The translations under genes and the position numbers were made by a program. Below, piece after piece: positions 7,538 to 17,125 of a DNA stretch of 64,000 nt. The stretch's first letter is position 1. Each line of letters begins with the position of its first letter. The notes under the pieces were generated by a model, which saw nothing but the letters and a program-made list of their open reading frames with translations, did not search any database and had not been told where the DNA came from. This stretch comes from an uncultured Acidobacteriota bacterium. Lineage in GTDB: Bacteria; Acidobacteriota; Vicinamibacteria; Vicinamibacterales; CAVVIG01. The stretch is taken from assembly GCA_963807925.1 (NCBI GenBank), contig CAWEDP010000003.1, forward strand, positions 98,237-162,236, read 5' to 3'.

Positions 7538-10532
7538 CGGACGGCGAGCGCCGGAGCGCGGGATCGCGATGATCACCACGCTGCTGGTGCTGATGCTCAT
7601 GTCGGCATTGCTCGTCGGATTCACCGCTGTCGTGATGAGCGACCAGCGGCTTCGGTTCATCGATCGCGACCGCGGCCAGGCGTTCTACGCGGCGAGCGGC
7701 GCCGTGGAGAAGCTGACAGCGGACCTCGGCAATCTCTTCTTCGCCAATCTCGCGCCGACGCGCGCCCAGATCGGCACGGTGACGGCGAGCCCTCCGGGCA
7801 TCACGGGCGTGACCTACAGCGCGTCGGCCGCGCCGGCCCCGCTGCCCGCCAGCTCGCTCTCCTCCTATTACTGCGCCTCGCCGAACACCACCACGGTGGT
7901 CGGAACCAACGGCTACACCATCACGTTCTGCGCCAATGCGGCCGGCAATCCGACGACGACCTCGTCGAATCCGATCAAGAGCGGACCGTACGAAGGCCTG
8001 ATTGCCGCCCAGACGCCCTTTCAGGTGGACGTGACCGCCCGCACGGCGACAGGGGGCGAAGTGCACCTGATCCGGACCATGGAGGCGGTGGCGATTCCGG
8101 TGTTCCAGTTCGGGATGTTCTCCGACGTCGATCTGTCGTTCTTCGCGGGCCCGAACTTCGACTTCGGCGGCCGCGTGCACACCAACGGCAGCCTGTTCCT
8201 CTCCGAAGGAGGCGGGTCGACGCTCACGCTGCGGGACAAGGTGACTGCGGTCAAGGAAGTGGTCCGGCAGAAGATGCAGAACGGCGCGTCGATCGACGCG
8301 GCGCCGGCGCACACCGGCACGGTCAGCATGGCCGCGTCGACGACGACGTTCCGCAACCTTGCCCGCACCGAGGGGAGCGTCGTCGACGACGCCGACACCG
8401 CGGCGAACGAGCCGATCTGGCACAGCGTCTCGTTGAGCGCGTACAACAGCTGGATCCGGAACGGCAGAACGGGCGCCAAGGCGCTGAACCTGCCGCTCAT
8501 CACCGTCGGCGGCACCAACCCCGATCTGATCCGGCGCGCGCCGCCGGGCGAGAACGCCGCCAACCCGATCCTCTTCAGCGAACGGCTGTTCGCGAAGGCC
8601 AGCCTGCGGATTCTCCTGTCGGACACCTCCGCGGACATCACCAACCTGCCGTCGGTGACCCCGACGCCGCCGGTCCGCCTGGACGGCGACTGGAAGACGA
8701 CGCCGCCCGACAACGGCGTGGCGTACGGCCCGGTGGACGGCACGCATCCGCCGATCGCGCGATCGATGGGCGTCCTCTCGAGCAATACCTCGGCGAACAC
8801 CGCCGCCGGCGATGCGACGATCAGCGTGGGGGCGATTCCCGCGATCTACCTGACGCCGCAGGTGACCGTCACCAACAGCGGCACCGGCGCCACCATCGGT
8901 CCCTTCACGTGCACCGGCCGCACAGCGACCTCGTTCACCGGTTGCGCCGTGCCGTCGGCGCTCACCAGCGGGTGGCCGATCCGGGCGACCTCGACGATGG
9001 GGACCGGCATCGTGACGCTGACGCTGAACGGCAACGTCGGCGCTGGGGCCAGCAGGACCTTGAACCTCGCTGCCGGACAGACCACGTGGGCGGTTGCCGC
9101 CAACACGTTCTGGCTGGGCGGGACCTCCGTCACCTGTGGCGGCCACACCGGGACGACCCAGTTCACCGGATGCACCGGCACGCCGGCAACCACGTCGCCG
9201 TCCGTCGTGACGTCCGGCTACCTGTCGTCGGTCAACACCGGCACCATCGGCGGCTACCTGAAGATCGAAAAGCAGGATGTCAACGGCGTCTGGACCGACG
9301 TGACGATGGAAATCCTGAACTACGGGATCGGCGCGCCGAATATCGGGGGCACCGCGTGCGCCGATCCGACGCCGAGGGCGATTCTCCGGATGCAGCGTCT
9401 TCGCGACAACGGCAATGCCGCGTCCTGCACGTATGCGGGGAGCCAGAGCTCGTACGACTGGTGGCCGAACGTCCTCTTCGACACGCGCGAGGCGCTGCTG
9501 CGCGACACCGCCGCGGCCAATCTGCTTCTCGGCGGCGTGATGCAGTACATGACGATTGACACGGCGAATCTCGCCAAGTGGTTCAAGGCGGCCGCGCCGT
9601 ACAACGCCGGAAGCGGCGCGAATGCGATCATCGACAATACCGGCTACACGGTGTACTTCTCCGACCGTCGGAACAACCGCAACGCGGCGAACGTCGAGAC
9701 CGGCGAGTACGGCTTCGAGGACTTCGTGAATCCGGCCGCCGCCGACGGATCGCCGAACGGGCTCCTCGATGCCGGCGAGGACGTGAACGGCAATGCCGCG
9801 CTGGACACGTATGGGCGGAACCCGAGCTACGACGGCGTGTCGGGCGCCGTGCCGCCGGGCGCCGCCGCGCCCCTCAACGCCGCCGCGCGTCCCACGACGA
9901 TGGTGACCATCGAACAGGCCAAGGTGAACCGCGCCCTCCTGTTCCGGCGCGCGCTGAAAGTGATCAACGGCGCCAACATCGCCGGCCTCGGCGTCAACGG
10001 CCTCACGGTCGTGGCCGAGAATCCGGTGTACATCCAGGGCGACTGGAACGCGGCCGGCGGCAACTTCAACGGCGCCCACGCCGCGACCGCCGTGATCGCC
10101 GACGCCGTCACGCTCTTGTCGAACGGATGGAGCGACCAGACATCCTTCACGCAGCCGTACGCGCCGGGCAACCGCAACCGCGGCACCCAGTCGTGGTATC
10201 GGGTGGCGATCATCGGGGGAAAGGGCGCCGCGTTCCCGCAGCCGGCGGGCACGGCGGCCGACTTCGGGACCGATGGCGGCGCGCACAACTTCCTGCGGTA
10301 CCTCGAGAACGGTGACCAGGCGGTCAACTACCGGGGCTCCATCGCCACGTTCTTCTACAACCGTCAGGCGGTCGGGACGTTCAAGTGCTGCACGACGGTC
10401 TATGGCGCGCCGACGCGCAACTACGCCTTCGACGTCGATTTCCTCGACCCATCGAAGCTTCCGCCGAACACGCCGGTCTTCCGCGATCTGAACGCGGTCG
10501 GGTTCTCACAGGAGCTGCGACCGGGGCGCTGA
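7524..10532 (+). CDS. giant (1002 aa) PilX/GspK-like minor pilin with large extracellular domain
   Basis: ERG|IAMITTLLVLMLM (no Glu+5, typical of PilX/GspK), QAFYAASGAVE, PVFQFGMFS, GRVHTNG, C-terminal GGAHNFLRYLE. Confidence 0.82.
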   Translation: MSRSSGRRAPERGIAMITTLLVLMLMSALLVGFTAVVMSDQRLRFIDRDRGQAFYAASGAVEKLTADLGNLFFANLAPTRAQIGTVTASPPGITGVTYSASAAPAPLPASSLSSYYCASPNTTTVVGTNGYTITFCANAAGNPTTTSSNPIKSGPYEGLIAAQTPFQVDVTARTATGGEVHLIRTMEAVAIPVFQFGMFSDVDLSFFAGPNFDFGGRVHTNGSLFLSEGGGSTLTLRDKVTAVKEVVRQKMQNGASIDAAPAHTGTVSMAASTTTFRNLARTEGSVVDDADTAANEPIWHSVSLSAYNSWIRNGRTGAKALNLPLITVGGTNPDLIRRAPPGENAANPILFSERLFAKASLRILLSDTSADITNLPSVTPTPPVRLDGDWKTTPPDNGVAYGPVDGTHPPIARSMGVLSSNTSANTAAGDATISVGAIPAIYLTPQVTVTNSGTGATIGPFTCTGRTATSFTGCAVPSALTSGWPIRATSTMGTGIVTLTLNGNVGAGASRTLNLAAGQTTWAVAANTFWLGGTSVTCGGHTGTTQFTGCTGTPATTSPSVVTSGYLSSVNTGTIGGYLKIEKQDVNGVWTDVTMEILNYGIGAPNIGGTACADPTPRAILRMQRLRDNGNAASCTYAGSQSSYDWWPNVLFDTREALLRDTAAANLLLGGVMQYMTIDTANLAKWFKAAAPYNAGSGANAIIDNTGYTVYFSDRRNNRNAANVETGEYGFEDFVNPAAADGSPNGLLDAGEDVNGNAALDTYGRNPSYDGVSGAVPPGAAAPLNAAARPTTMVTIEQAKVNRALLFRRALKVINGANIAGLGVNGLTVVAENPVYIQGDWNAAGGNFNGAHAATAVIADAVTLLSNGWSDQTSFTQPYAPGNRNRGTQSWYRVAIIGGKGAAFPQPAGTAADFGTDGGAHNFLRYLENGDQAVNYRGSIATFFYNRQAVGTFKCCTTVYGAPTRNYAFDVDFLDPSKLPPNTPVFRDLNAVGFSQELRPGR

Positions 10533-10654
10533 CGGGAGAGCGTCAGTGCCCGATGCCGATTCCTGCTCGCGCGCGAGACCGGTGGACCTGGGACGCGAGG
10601 GCTGATTCGACGACGCGTCCTGTGACACCATAGGGGCGGACACGCGATCGCCCG

Positions 10655-11062
10655 ATGGTCGAACGGATGCTCGAAACCGCGCTCTACGTCGACGACCTCG
10701 ACGCCGTCGCGGCGTTCTATCAGGACGTGCTCGACCTTCACGTGCTCGACCGGAGCGCCCGGCTCGTCGCGATGGACGCCGGCCAGGGCACCCTGCTGCT
10801 GCTCTTTCGTCGGGGGGCGACGACGTCGGGGCTGGCCACGCCTGGCGGCTGGATCCCGCCGCACGATGGCCACGGTCCGGTGCACCTGGCGTTTGCCGTG
10901 GCGGCGGACGCCCTGGACAGATGCGAGCGGCGCCTCGAAGAACACGGCGTTGCCATCGAGAGTCGCGTTCGCTGGACCGGCGGCGGCCGCAGCATCTACT
11001 TCCGCGATCCGGCCGGCCACTCGGTCGAACTGGCCACGCCGGGCACGTGGGCGACCTACTGA
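10655..11062 (+). CDS. VOC/glyoxalase family protein
   Basis: LETALYVDDL, HLAFAV, SIYFRDPAGHSVEL. Confidence 0.9.
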   Translation: MVERMLETALYVDDLDAVAAFYQDVLDLHVLDRSARLVAMDAGQGTLLLLFRRGATTSGLATPGGWIPPHDGHGPVHLAFAVAADALDRCERRLEEHGVAIESRVRWTGGGRSIYFRDPAGHSVELATPGTWATY

Positions 11063-11065
11063 CCG

Positions 11066-11539
11066 TTACTTCTTCGGCGCCGCCGGCGTGGTTTCCTGAT
11101 GGAAGGCGGCTCTCCAGGTGCCGCCCCGGTTGACCCACACCGTTGTCGCGTAGACGAGCGGCGGAACCGGCTGGCCCTGATAGGTTCCCTTCTGATTCAG
11201 CTTGTAGGTCAGGATCGAGACGGTCGGTGACACCGGCAGGACCTTGACGTCCTCCAGCCTGGCGTTCTCCAGCTTCAGGTCGGGGATCGATTTCACGAAG
11301 TCGGCGACTTTCATGTAGCCGGTTTCGTCGACGGCCCAGCCGTCCGCCTCGACGAGGCGGTTGAACGCGGCGACGTCCTTCTTCATCAGCGCGTCCTGCA
11401 CCTTCTGCTCGTTCGCCGTCAGGCGGCTCGCCAGCGAGTCACGGCCTGCCGCCGGTTTGCCGGTGGCGCCCTGTGCGAGGGCGGGACCGGCCCACAGAAC
11501 TGCGGCGATCCCGAATCCAACGAGTCTGGCTTGCCTCAT
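11066..11539 (-). CDS. secreted NTF2-like (DUF4440-type) protein
   Basis: signal peptide ending ALA, TTVWVNRGGTWRAAFHQET terminus. Confidence 0.8.
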   Translation of the reverse strand: MRQARLVGFGIAAVLWAGPALAQGATGKPAAGRDSLASRLTANEQKVQDALMKKDVAAFNRLVEADGWAVDETGYMKVADFVKSIPDLKLENARLEDVKVLPVSPTVSILTYKLNQKGTYQGQPVPPLVYATTVWVNRGGTWRAAFHQETTPAAPKK

Positions 11540-11605
11540 GTCTAGATTCCTCCAGTGGGAGATACGGGCCGCCGGGACGGCTGGATGGGAGGCGCGGCCA
11601 CCGGA

Positions 11606-13069
11606 TCAACGGCCTGGAGCCGGGGCCGGGCCGAACACCTCGTCGATGGTCACGTTCTTGATCGGCCCGAGGTTCAGCGCACGAATGCCGGGCTCGATCA
11701 CCTTCTGGTCACCGACGACGACGACGGCGACGCGCGACGGCTGGACGTAGAGGCGGGCGACGCGCTGCACGTCGGCGGCGGTCACAGCTTCGATGGTCGG
11801 AATGTACTTCGAGAAATAGTCGGCCGGCAGCTTGTAGACAATGGCGTCCTCCAGCCGCCGCGAGATGTCGGTCGTCGCCTCGAACCCGGACGGGAACCGC
11901 AGCGACACGTAGTTCTTCGCACGCGACAGCTCGTCGGCCGGCACCGGCTGGACGATGCCGTTCAGCTCGATGAAGAACTCCTTCAGCGATTCGGAGGTCT
12001 TGTCGGTCTGGACGCCCGAGGTCGCGAAGAACGGGCCGGCCGCCTTGCGCATGTCGAACCCCGACGCCGCGCCGTAGGTGTATCCGTGTTTCTCGCGCAG
12101 GTTCATGTTGAGGCGCGAAGTGAAGGATCCGCCGAGGATCGTGTTCATGACCTGAATCGGAAAGTAATCCGGCGTGGATCGGGCGACGCCGACGCCGCCG
12201 ATCCGGATCTGCGTTTGCGGAGCGCCCGGCTTGTCGACGATGTAGACCTGACGGGCGGCGGGAGGCGCGATGGTCGGGAGCGGCGGCGACGGCGACGGGC
12301 CGCCGGAGCGCCAGCTGCCGAAGGCGGTTTCGAGGAGCGGCATCACCTTGTCGGGAGAGACGTCGCCGACCACGACGAGCGTGCAGTTGGCCGGCCGGAA
12401 CACCGACGCGTACTGCGCGCGCAGATCGCCGACCGTGAAGCTCTTGATGGTCTCCGCCGTCCCGCCGACGGCGGTGCCGTAGCGGTGCGTGGCGCCGTAG
12501 ATGACGTGTGGAAACGCCTGCGCGACGATCGCCGCCGGGTCGTCGCGCGCCTGGAGGAGCGCGGTCAGCCGCTGCTGGCGCAGGCGCTCGAGCTCCTCGG
12601 CCGGAAACGTGGGGCGGAGCGCGACGTCGGCCATGATCGCGAGCGCCTCGCCGAGTCGGGCGACCGGGACATGCAGTCGAACCGCCGACGCATCGTACGA
12701 GCTGCCGGCGCCAAGGTCCGCGCCGAGGAAATCGACCTCGTCGGCGATCGCGAGCGCGCCGCGGGCCCCCGCCCCTTCCTCAAGCATCGAAGTCATCAGG
12801 CTCGTGACGCCGAACTTGCCGGGCGGATCGTCCGCCGCGCCGATCGATGCGACGAGATTGACCTGCGCGACCGGCACTTCGTGCTGCTCGACGATCCAGA
12901 CAGGCACGCCATTGGAGAGCTGCCGCTTCTGGATCGCGGGGAGCTTGAGCGCCGGTGGCGGCCCGAGTCGCGGCGGCCGGCTGCGGTCCGGCGCCTGCGC
13001 CGAGACGATGACGGCGGCCGCGCACGCGCCAAGCGCCAGTGCGGCCCTCGAGCGGAAGAGTAGTCTCAT
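11606..13069 (-). CDS. M16B (pitrilysin/insulinase) peptidase, non-catalytic subunit
   Basis: LSNGVPV, no HxxEH, SRLNMNLREKHGYTYG motif, signal peptide. Confidence 0.88.
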   Translation of the reverse strand: MRLLFRSRAALALGACAAAVIVSAQAPDRSRPPRLGPPPALKLPAIQKRQLSNGVPVWIVEQHEVPVAQVNLVASIGAADDPPGKFGVTSLMTSMLEEGAGARGALAIADEVDFLGADLGAGSSYDASAVRLHVPVARLGEALAIMADVALRPTFPAEELERLRQQRLTALLQARDDPAAIVAQAFPHVIYGATHRYGTAVGGTAETIKSFTVGDLRAQYASVFRPANCTLVVVGDVSPDKVMPLLETAFGSWRSGGPSPSPPLPTIAPPAARQVYIVDKPGAPQTQIRIGGVGVARSTPDYFPIQVMNTILGGSFTSRLNMNLREKHGYTYGAASGFDMRKAAGPFFATSGVQTDKTSESLKEFFIELNGIVQPVPADELSRAKNYVSLRFPSGFEATTDISRRLEDAIVYKLPADYFSKYIPTIEAVTAADVQRVARLYVQPSRVAVVVVGDQKVIEPGIRALNLGPIKNVTIDEVFGPAPAPGR

Positions 13070-13111
13070 GGCTGATCGGCCCTCGACTGATTGATCGCGC
13101 GACCGCGCCCC

Positions 13112-14461
13112 TTACGGCGCACTCGCGGGCACGACGGTCAGCTCCACGCGTCGGTCGCGCGGCAGGAAGCTCGCGGCGGCCGCCCGAACATCCGACACCG
13201 ACAGCGCGCGATAGCGGCCGAGATCCTCGTTGAACCAGTCCGCGTCGCCCGTCTCGGTGTAGTAGCCGTTGAGTTGATCCGCCTTCCCGCCGAAGCCCCC
13301 GACGCGCTCCATGCGGTTGTAGAACGAGGATTCGATCTGGTTGATCGACCGCTCGAGCTCGTGCGCCGTCGGCGGCTCGGTCTGCAGCTTCGCGAGCTCC
13401 TCGTCCACGATCTTCTGCATCTCGGCGGCCGTGTGGCCCGGCCGTGGCGTGACGGTGATCTGGAAGTACGACGCGACCTGCCCGGACGCCTGCAGCGCCG
13501 AGACGCTCTGCGCGATCTGCAGGTCGTACACCAGCCGCTTGTACAGCCGTGAATTCTTGCTCCCGGCCAGGATGTCCGCGACGACGTCGAGCGTCGCGTC
13601 GCCGGGCGCGAAATGACGCGGCGTGATCCAGGCGAGATACAGGCGCGGCAGTTGCACGCGATCGGTGATCGTCTTCTTCTGCACGCCCGTCAGCGCGACG
13701 CCCGGAATGGCCTGCGGCTCGGGCGCGGGCGCCGCCTTCACGTCGCCGAACCACTTCTCGATCAGACGCTCCGCGTCAGCCGTGTTCACGTCGCCGGCGA
13801 CGACGAGGCTGGCGTTCGCCGGCGAGTAGTACGTCTTGAAGAACCTGACGACGTCCTCGTAGCTCGCCGCTGTGAGATCCGGCATGTAGCCGATGACCGG
13901 CCAGTGATACGGGTGCCCCTCTGGAAACAGCATTTCCGTGAGCGTGATCTCCGCCATGCCGTACGGACGGTTCTCGTAGCTCTGCCGCCGCTCGTTCTTC
14001 ACCACGTCTCGCTGCGCGTCCACGGTTTGCGGCGTCATCGAGTCGAGCAGGTAGCCCATGCGATCCGACTCGAGGAAGAGCGCCAGCTCGAGCGCGTTCG
14101 ACGGCACGTTGATCCAGTAATTGGTGCGGTCGGTTTCCGTCGATCCGTTGTTGGTGCCGCCGGCAGCCTCGAGGAGATCGTCGAACTCGCCCGGCTTGAC
14201 GTGGCCCGATCCCATGAACATCAGGTGCTCGAACAGATGGGCGAAGCCGGTACGGCCGGGGCGCTCGCGGCTCGAGCCGACGTGGTACCACATGTTCACC
14301 GTGACGACGGGAACGCGATGGTCCTCGTGCACGATCGCGTGCAGCCCGTTCGGCAGCGTGAACAGCGTGTACGGCACCTCGATCTTCGTCTGCGCGGCCG
14401 TGCGGCCGGCGCCCGCCACGGCGACCAGCACCGCGAGTGCGAACGAAGCGGCGTATTTCAT
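13112..14461 (-). CDS. M16B peptidase, catalytic subunit
   Basis: GFAHLFEHLMF (HxxEH), LESDRM, VKNERRQ; signal peptide. Confidence 0.93.
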   Translation of the reverse strand: MKYAASFALAVLVAVAGAGRTAAQTKIEVPYTLFTLPNGLHAIVHEDHRVPVVTVNMWYHVGSSRERPGRTGFAHLFEHLMFMGSGHVKPGEFDDLLEAAGGTNNGSTETDRTNYWINVPSNALELALFLESDRMGYLLDSMTPQTVDAQRDVVKNERRQSYENRPYGMAEITLTEMLFPEGHPYHWPVIGYMPDLTAASYEDVVRFFKTYYSPANASLVVAGDVNTADAERLIEKWFGDVKAAPAPEPQAIPGVALTGVQKKTITDRVQLPRLYLAWITPRHFAPGDATLDVVADILAGSKNSRLYKRLVYDLQIAQSVSALQASGQVASYFQITVTPRPGHTAAEMQKIVDEELAKLQTEPPTAHELERSINQIESSFYNRMERVGGFGGKADQLNGYYTETGDADWFNEDLGRYRALSVSDVRAAAASFLPRDRRVELTVVPASAP

Positions 14462-14520
14462 AGGGCGATTCTACTCCCGCGCCTTGGTGCCGATGCTCTT
14501 CTGTGATGAAATGACGCGCG

Positions 14521-15012
14521 ATGAGTGACAACCGACCGCTGGTGGGGATCATCATGGGCTCGACCTCCGATTGGGACACCATGAAGCACGCCGACGAGAT
14601 GCTGACCTGGTTCGAGATTGCGCACGAATCGCGCGTGCTGTCGGCGCACAGGACCCCGGCGTTGACAGCCGCATACGCGTCGGATGCCGAGCACCGCGGC
14701 CTCGAGGTCATCATCGCGGGCGCGGGGGGCGCGGCGCACCTGCCGGGCGTCGTCGCCGCCTATACGCTGCTGCCGGTCATCGGCGTCCCCGTGAAGAGCG
14801 CGGCGCTCAACGGACTCGATTCGCTGCTCTCCATCGTCCAGATGCCGAAGGGCATCCCGGTCGCGACCGTCGCGATTGGCGCATCGGGTGCGGCCAACGC
14901 CGCGCTGCTCGCCGTCGCGATTCTGGCCACTTCGCGCCCGGCCCTGCGGGGCCGGCTGCAGGCGTATCGCGACGGAATCGCCGCCGAAGTCCGCAGCGCC
15001 ACTGTCGGCTGA
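14521..15012 (+). CDS. purE: N5-carboxyaminoimidazole ribonucleotide mutase
   Basis: [39 protein letters not shown]. Confidence 0.96.
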   Translation: MSDNRPLVGIIMGSTSDWDTMKHADEMLTWFEIAHESRVLSAHRTPALTAAYASDAEHRGLEVIIAGAGGAAHLPGVVAAYTLLPVIGVPVKSAALNGLDSLLSIVQMPKGIPVATVAIGASGAANAALLAVAILATSRPALRGRLQAYRDGIAAEVRSATVG

Positions 15013-15019
15013 CGGAACC

Positions 15020-15068
15020 CCCGGCAAAATCCGACGCCGCTCCCGGCGGTCGCCCCCTGCCGGGCTTT
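15020..15068 (+). terminator. GC-rich stem-loop after purE
   Basis: CCCGGCA...TGCCGGG outer stem with an inner hairpin, followed by only a short CTTT. Confidence 0.35.
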
Positions 15069-15096
15069 CCGGCGTGAAGATTGCTTTCGACTCGGC

Positions 15097-15834
15097 GTGC
15101 GAAGCTGCCTCATCCGTGCTCTGGTCACGTTGACGGCTGGTTCGACCGTTGCCGCCACCTATGCGCCCGACCCGGGATCCGCCGGCGGTTCGCCCGTCTT
15201 CGCCGTCGTGCTCGAGCGCTTCCTGGCCGACAATCGCAGCGACGGCCCGGTGCCCTATCGCGCTCTGCGCCGCCTCGATGCCCGAGCCGAACGCTTCGTG
15301 TCCGCCGCCGCGATGGAAGTGTGGACCGAAGTCGATGAGCAAGGCGGCATGCGCTACCGCATCGTCAGCGAGACCGGATCGGATTACATCCGATCGAAGG
15401 TCTTTCGAGGCGTGCTCGAGGCCGAGCAGGAGGCCCTCAAGTCGGGCGCCGCGGACAAAGCGGGGATCACGCCGGAAAATTACGCCTTCGATCAGCGCGG
15501 CAGCGCCGGCGGCCTCGTGACCGTCGGCCTCAAGCCGCGCCGCAAGGACATGCTCCTGGTCGACGGATGGCTGCTGGTCCGCCCCGACGATGGCGCGCTC
15601 TTCCGGCTCGAGGGACGGCTCACCAGGACGCCATCGTTTCTGGTCCGGCGGGTCCAGATCGTGCGCAACTACAGGCGGCTCGCCGGCGTCAGCATGCCGG
15701 TGGCGCTCGATTCGGTCGCTCGACTGCTGTTCGCCGGCCGATCGACGTTTCACATGACGTACGACTACGAAACCGTCAACGGTCATCGCGTGGGCAACCC
15801 GGCCCCTGGAACGCTCGCGTCGGCGGAGCAGTAA
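15097..15834 (+). CDS. exported hypothetical protein, paralog of the next gene
   Basis: shares YRALR, KDxLLVDG, EGRLxxTPSF, GRSTFxMTYxYETVNG with 15896..16615; start uncertain. Confidence 0.75.
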   Translation: MRSCLIRALVTLTAGSTVAATYAPDPGSAGGSPVFAVVLERFLADNRSDGPVPYRALRRLDARAERFVSAAAMEVWTEVDEQGGMRYRIVSETGSDYIRSKVFRGVLEAEQEALKSGAADKAGITPENYAFDQRGSAGGLVTVGLKPRRKDMLLVDGWLLVRPDDGALFRLEGRLTRTPSFLVRRVQIVRNYRRLAGVSMPVALDSVARLLFAGRSTFHMTYDYETVNGHRVGNPAPGTLASAEQ

Positions 15835-15895
15835 CCGACGCGGAAACGCGAACAAGGCGTCGCACCTCACCCACGGACGGGCTAGAATAGTCAGG

Positions 15896-16615
15896 TTGAG
15901 CCGGCGCCTTTCCCATTTGTCCCTCCTGCTCACGGCTGCATTTGTCGTCGCCGGGACAGCCGCGTCCGCCGGGCAGCACGCTTCCACGGTTCTCGAACGG
16001 TTTCTCATGCACGTCGACGAAGGGCCCTTCGCCTATCGAGCCCTTCGACACATGGACGCGAGCAACCGGCGCTTCGGCGCGAGTGCCTGGATGGACGTAT
16101 GGACTGACGCCGATCGCGCGACCGGGTTCCGCTATGACGTCGCGGCGGAGGGAGGCTCCGGCCCCATTCGGCGCCGTGTCTTCCGGGCGGCCCTCGATGC
16201 CGAACAGAAGATGTGGCGGGAGGGCGAGCCGGCGCGTGCCGGGGTCGATCACACCAACTACTCCTTCGCGGACAACGGCGACGAGGACGGAGGGCTTGCC
16301 TCGCTCGCCATCACACCCAAGCGGAAGGACGTGCTCCTCGTGGACGGCTCGATCTTCGTCACACGTGACGACGGCGATCTGGTGCGCATTGAAGGGCGGC
16401 TGTCGAAGACCCCGTCGTTCTGGACGCGGCGTGTGGAAATCGTCCGGCGCTACGGGCGCATCGGCGGCGCGCACGTGCCGGTCGAAACCGAATCTGTCGC
16501 GCAGGTGCTCGTCGCCGGCCGCTCGACGTTTCGAATGACGTACGAATATGAAACGGTCAACGGCACACGCGTCGGCACGCCCCACGTGAGGACGTCGTCC
16601 TCATCCGACCAATGA
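15896..16615 (+). CDS. exported hypothetical protein, paralog of the previous gene
   Basis: signal peptide (ASA), TAGAAT -10 at 15883-15888, shared motifs. Confidence 0.8.
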   Translation: MSRRLSHLSLLLTAAFVVAGTAASAGQHASTVLERFLMHVDEGPFAYRALRHMDASNRRFGASAWMDVWTDADRATGFRYDVAAEGGSGPIRRRVFRAALDAEQKMWREGEPARAGVDHTNYSFADNGDEDGGLASLAITPKRKDVLLVDGSIFVTRDDGDLVRIEGRLSKTPSFWTRRVEIVRRYGRIGGAHVPVETESVAQVLVAGRSTFRMTYEYETVNGTRVGTPHVRTSSSSDQ

Positions 16616-16680
16616 CTCGCGCCATCGAGGCGGGCCGCCGAGCGGCGCCGCCGAACGGCATTCACTCAGGGAGCTGAACG

Positions 16681-17097
16681 ATGACACGTCGACGAACGAT
16701 CATGGCGGCCGGCGTGCTGGCGCTCGGCGTCTCGCTGTTCGCACAGGGGCCGCGGCTCGACGGCCGTTGGGAAGTGAAGATGGACATGCAGATGGGCAAC
16801 ATGACGATGCCCACCCAGACGATCACGCAGTGCGTCACGCCGCAGCAGGCGGCCGACCCGCAGAAGGCGCTCCCGCCCGCCGGGCGCGGCGGACGCGGCG
16901 GGGACGACTGCAAGGTGAGCGACTACAAGATCGAGGGCAACAAGGTGAGCTGGGTCATGACCTGTTCGCAGATGAGCGGCACCGGCGAATTCGTCTATGC
17001 GGGCGACACCTATACGGGCGCCATGAAGATGAGCATGCTGGGGCAGGAAATGACGATGAAGTATACGGGCAAGCGACTCGGGGACTGCACGCAGTAA
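16681..17097 (+). CDS. DUF3617-like secreted protein
   Basis: signal peptide, GRWEV, TQCVT, DCKVSD, terminal GKRLGDC. Confidence 0.8.
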   Translation: MTRRRTIMAAGVLALGVSLFAQGPRLDGRWEVKMDMQMGNMTMPTQTITQCVTPQQAADPQKALPPAGRGGRGGDDCKVSDYKIEGNKVSWVMTCSQMSGTGEFVYAGDTYTGAMKMSMLGQEMTMKYTGKRLGDCTQ

Positions 17098-17125
17098 GCT
17101 CCTGCCCGGGCTCCGGAGCGGGCGG

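Noticed and set aside
11606..14461. M16 pair with one subunit lacking HxxEH as a novelty
   Set aside because: Heterodimeric M16B peptidases with this arrangement are well known
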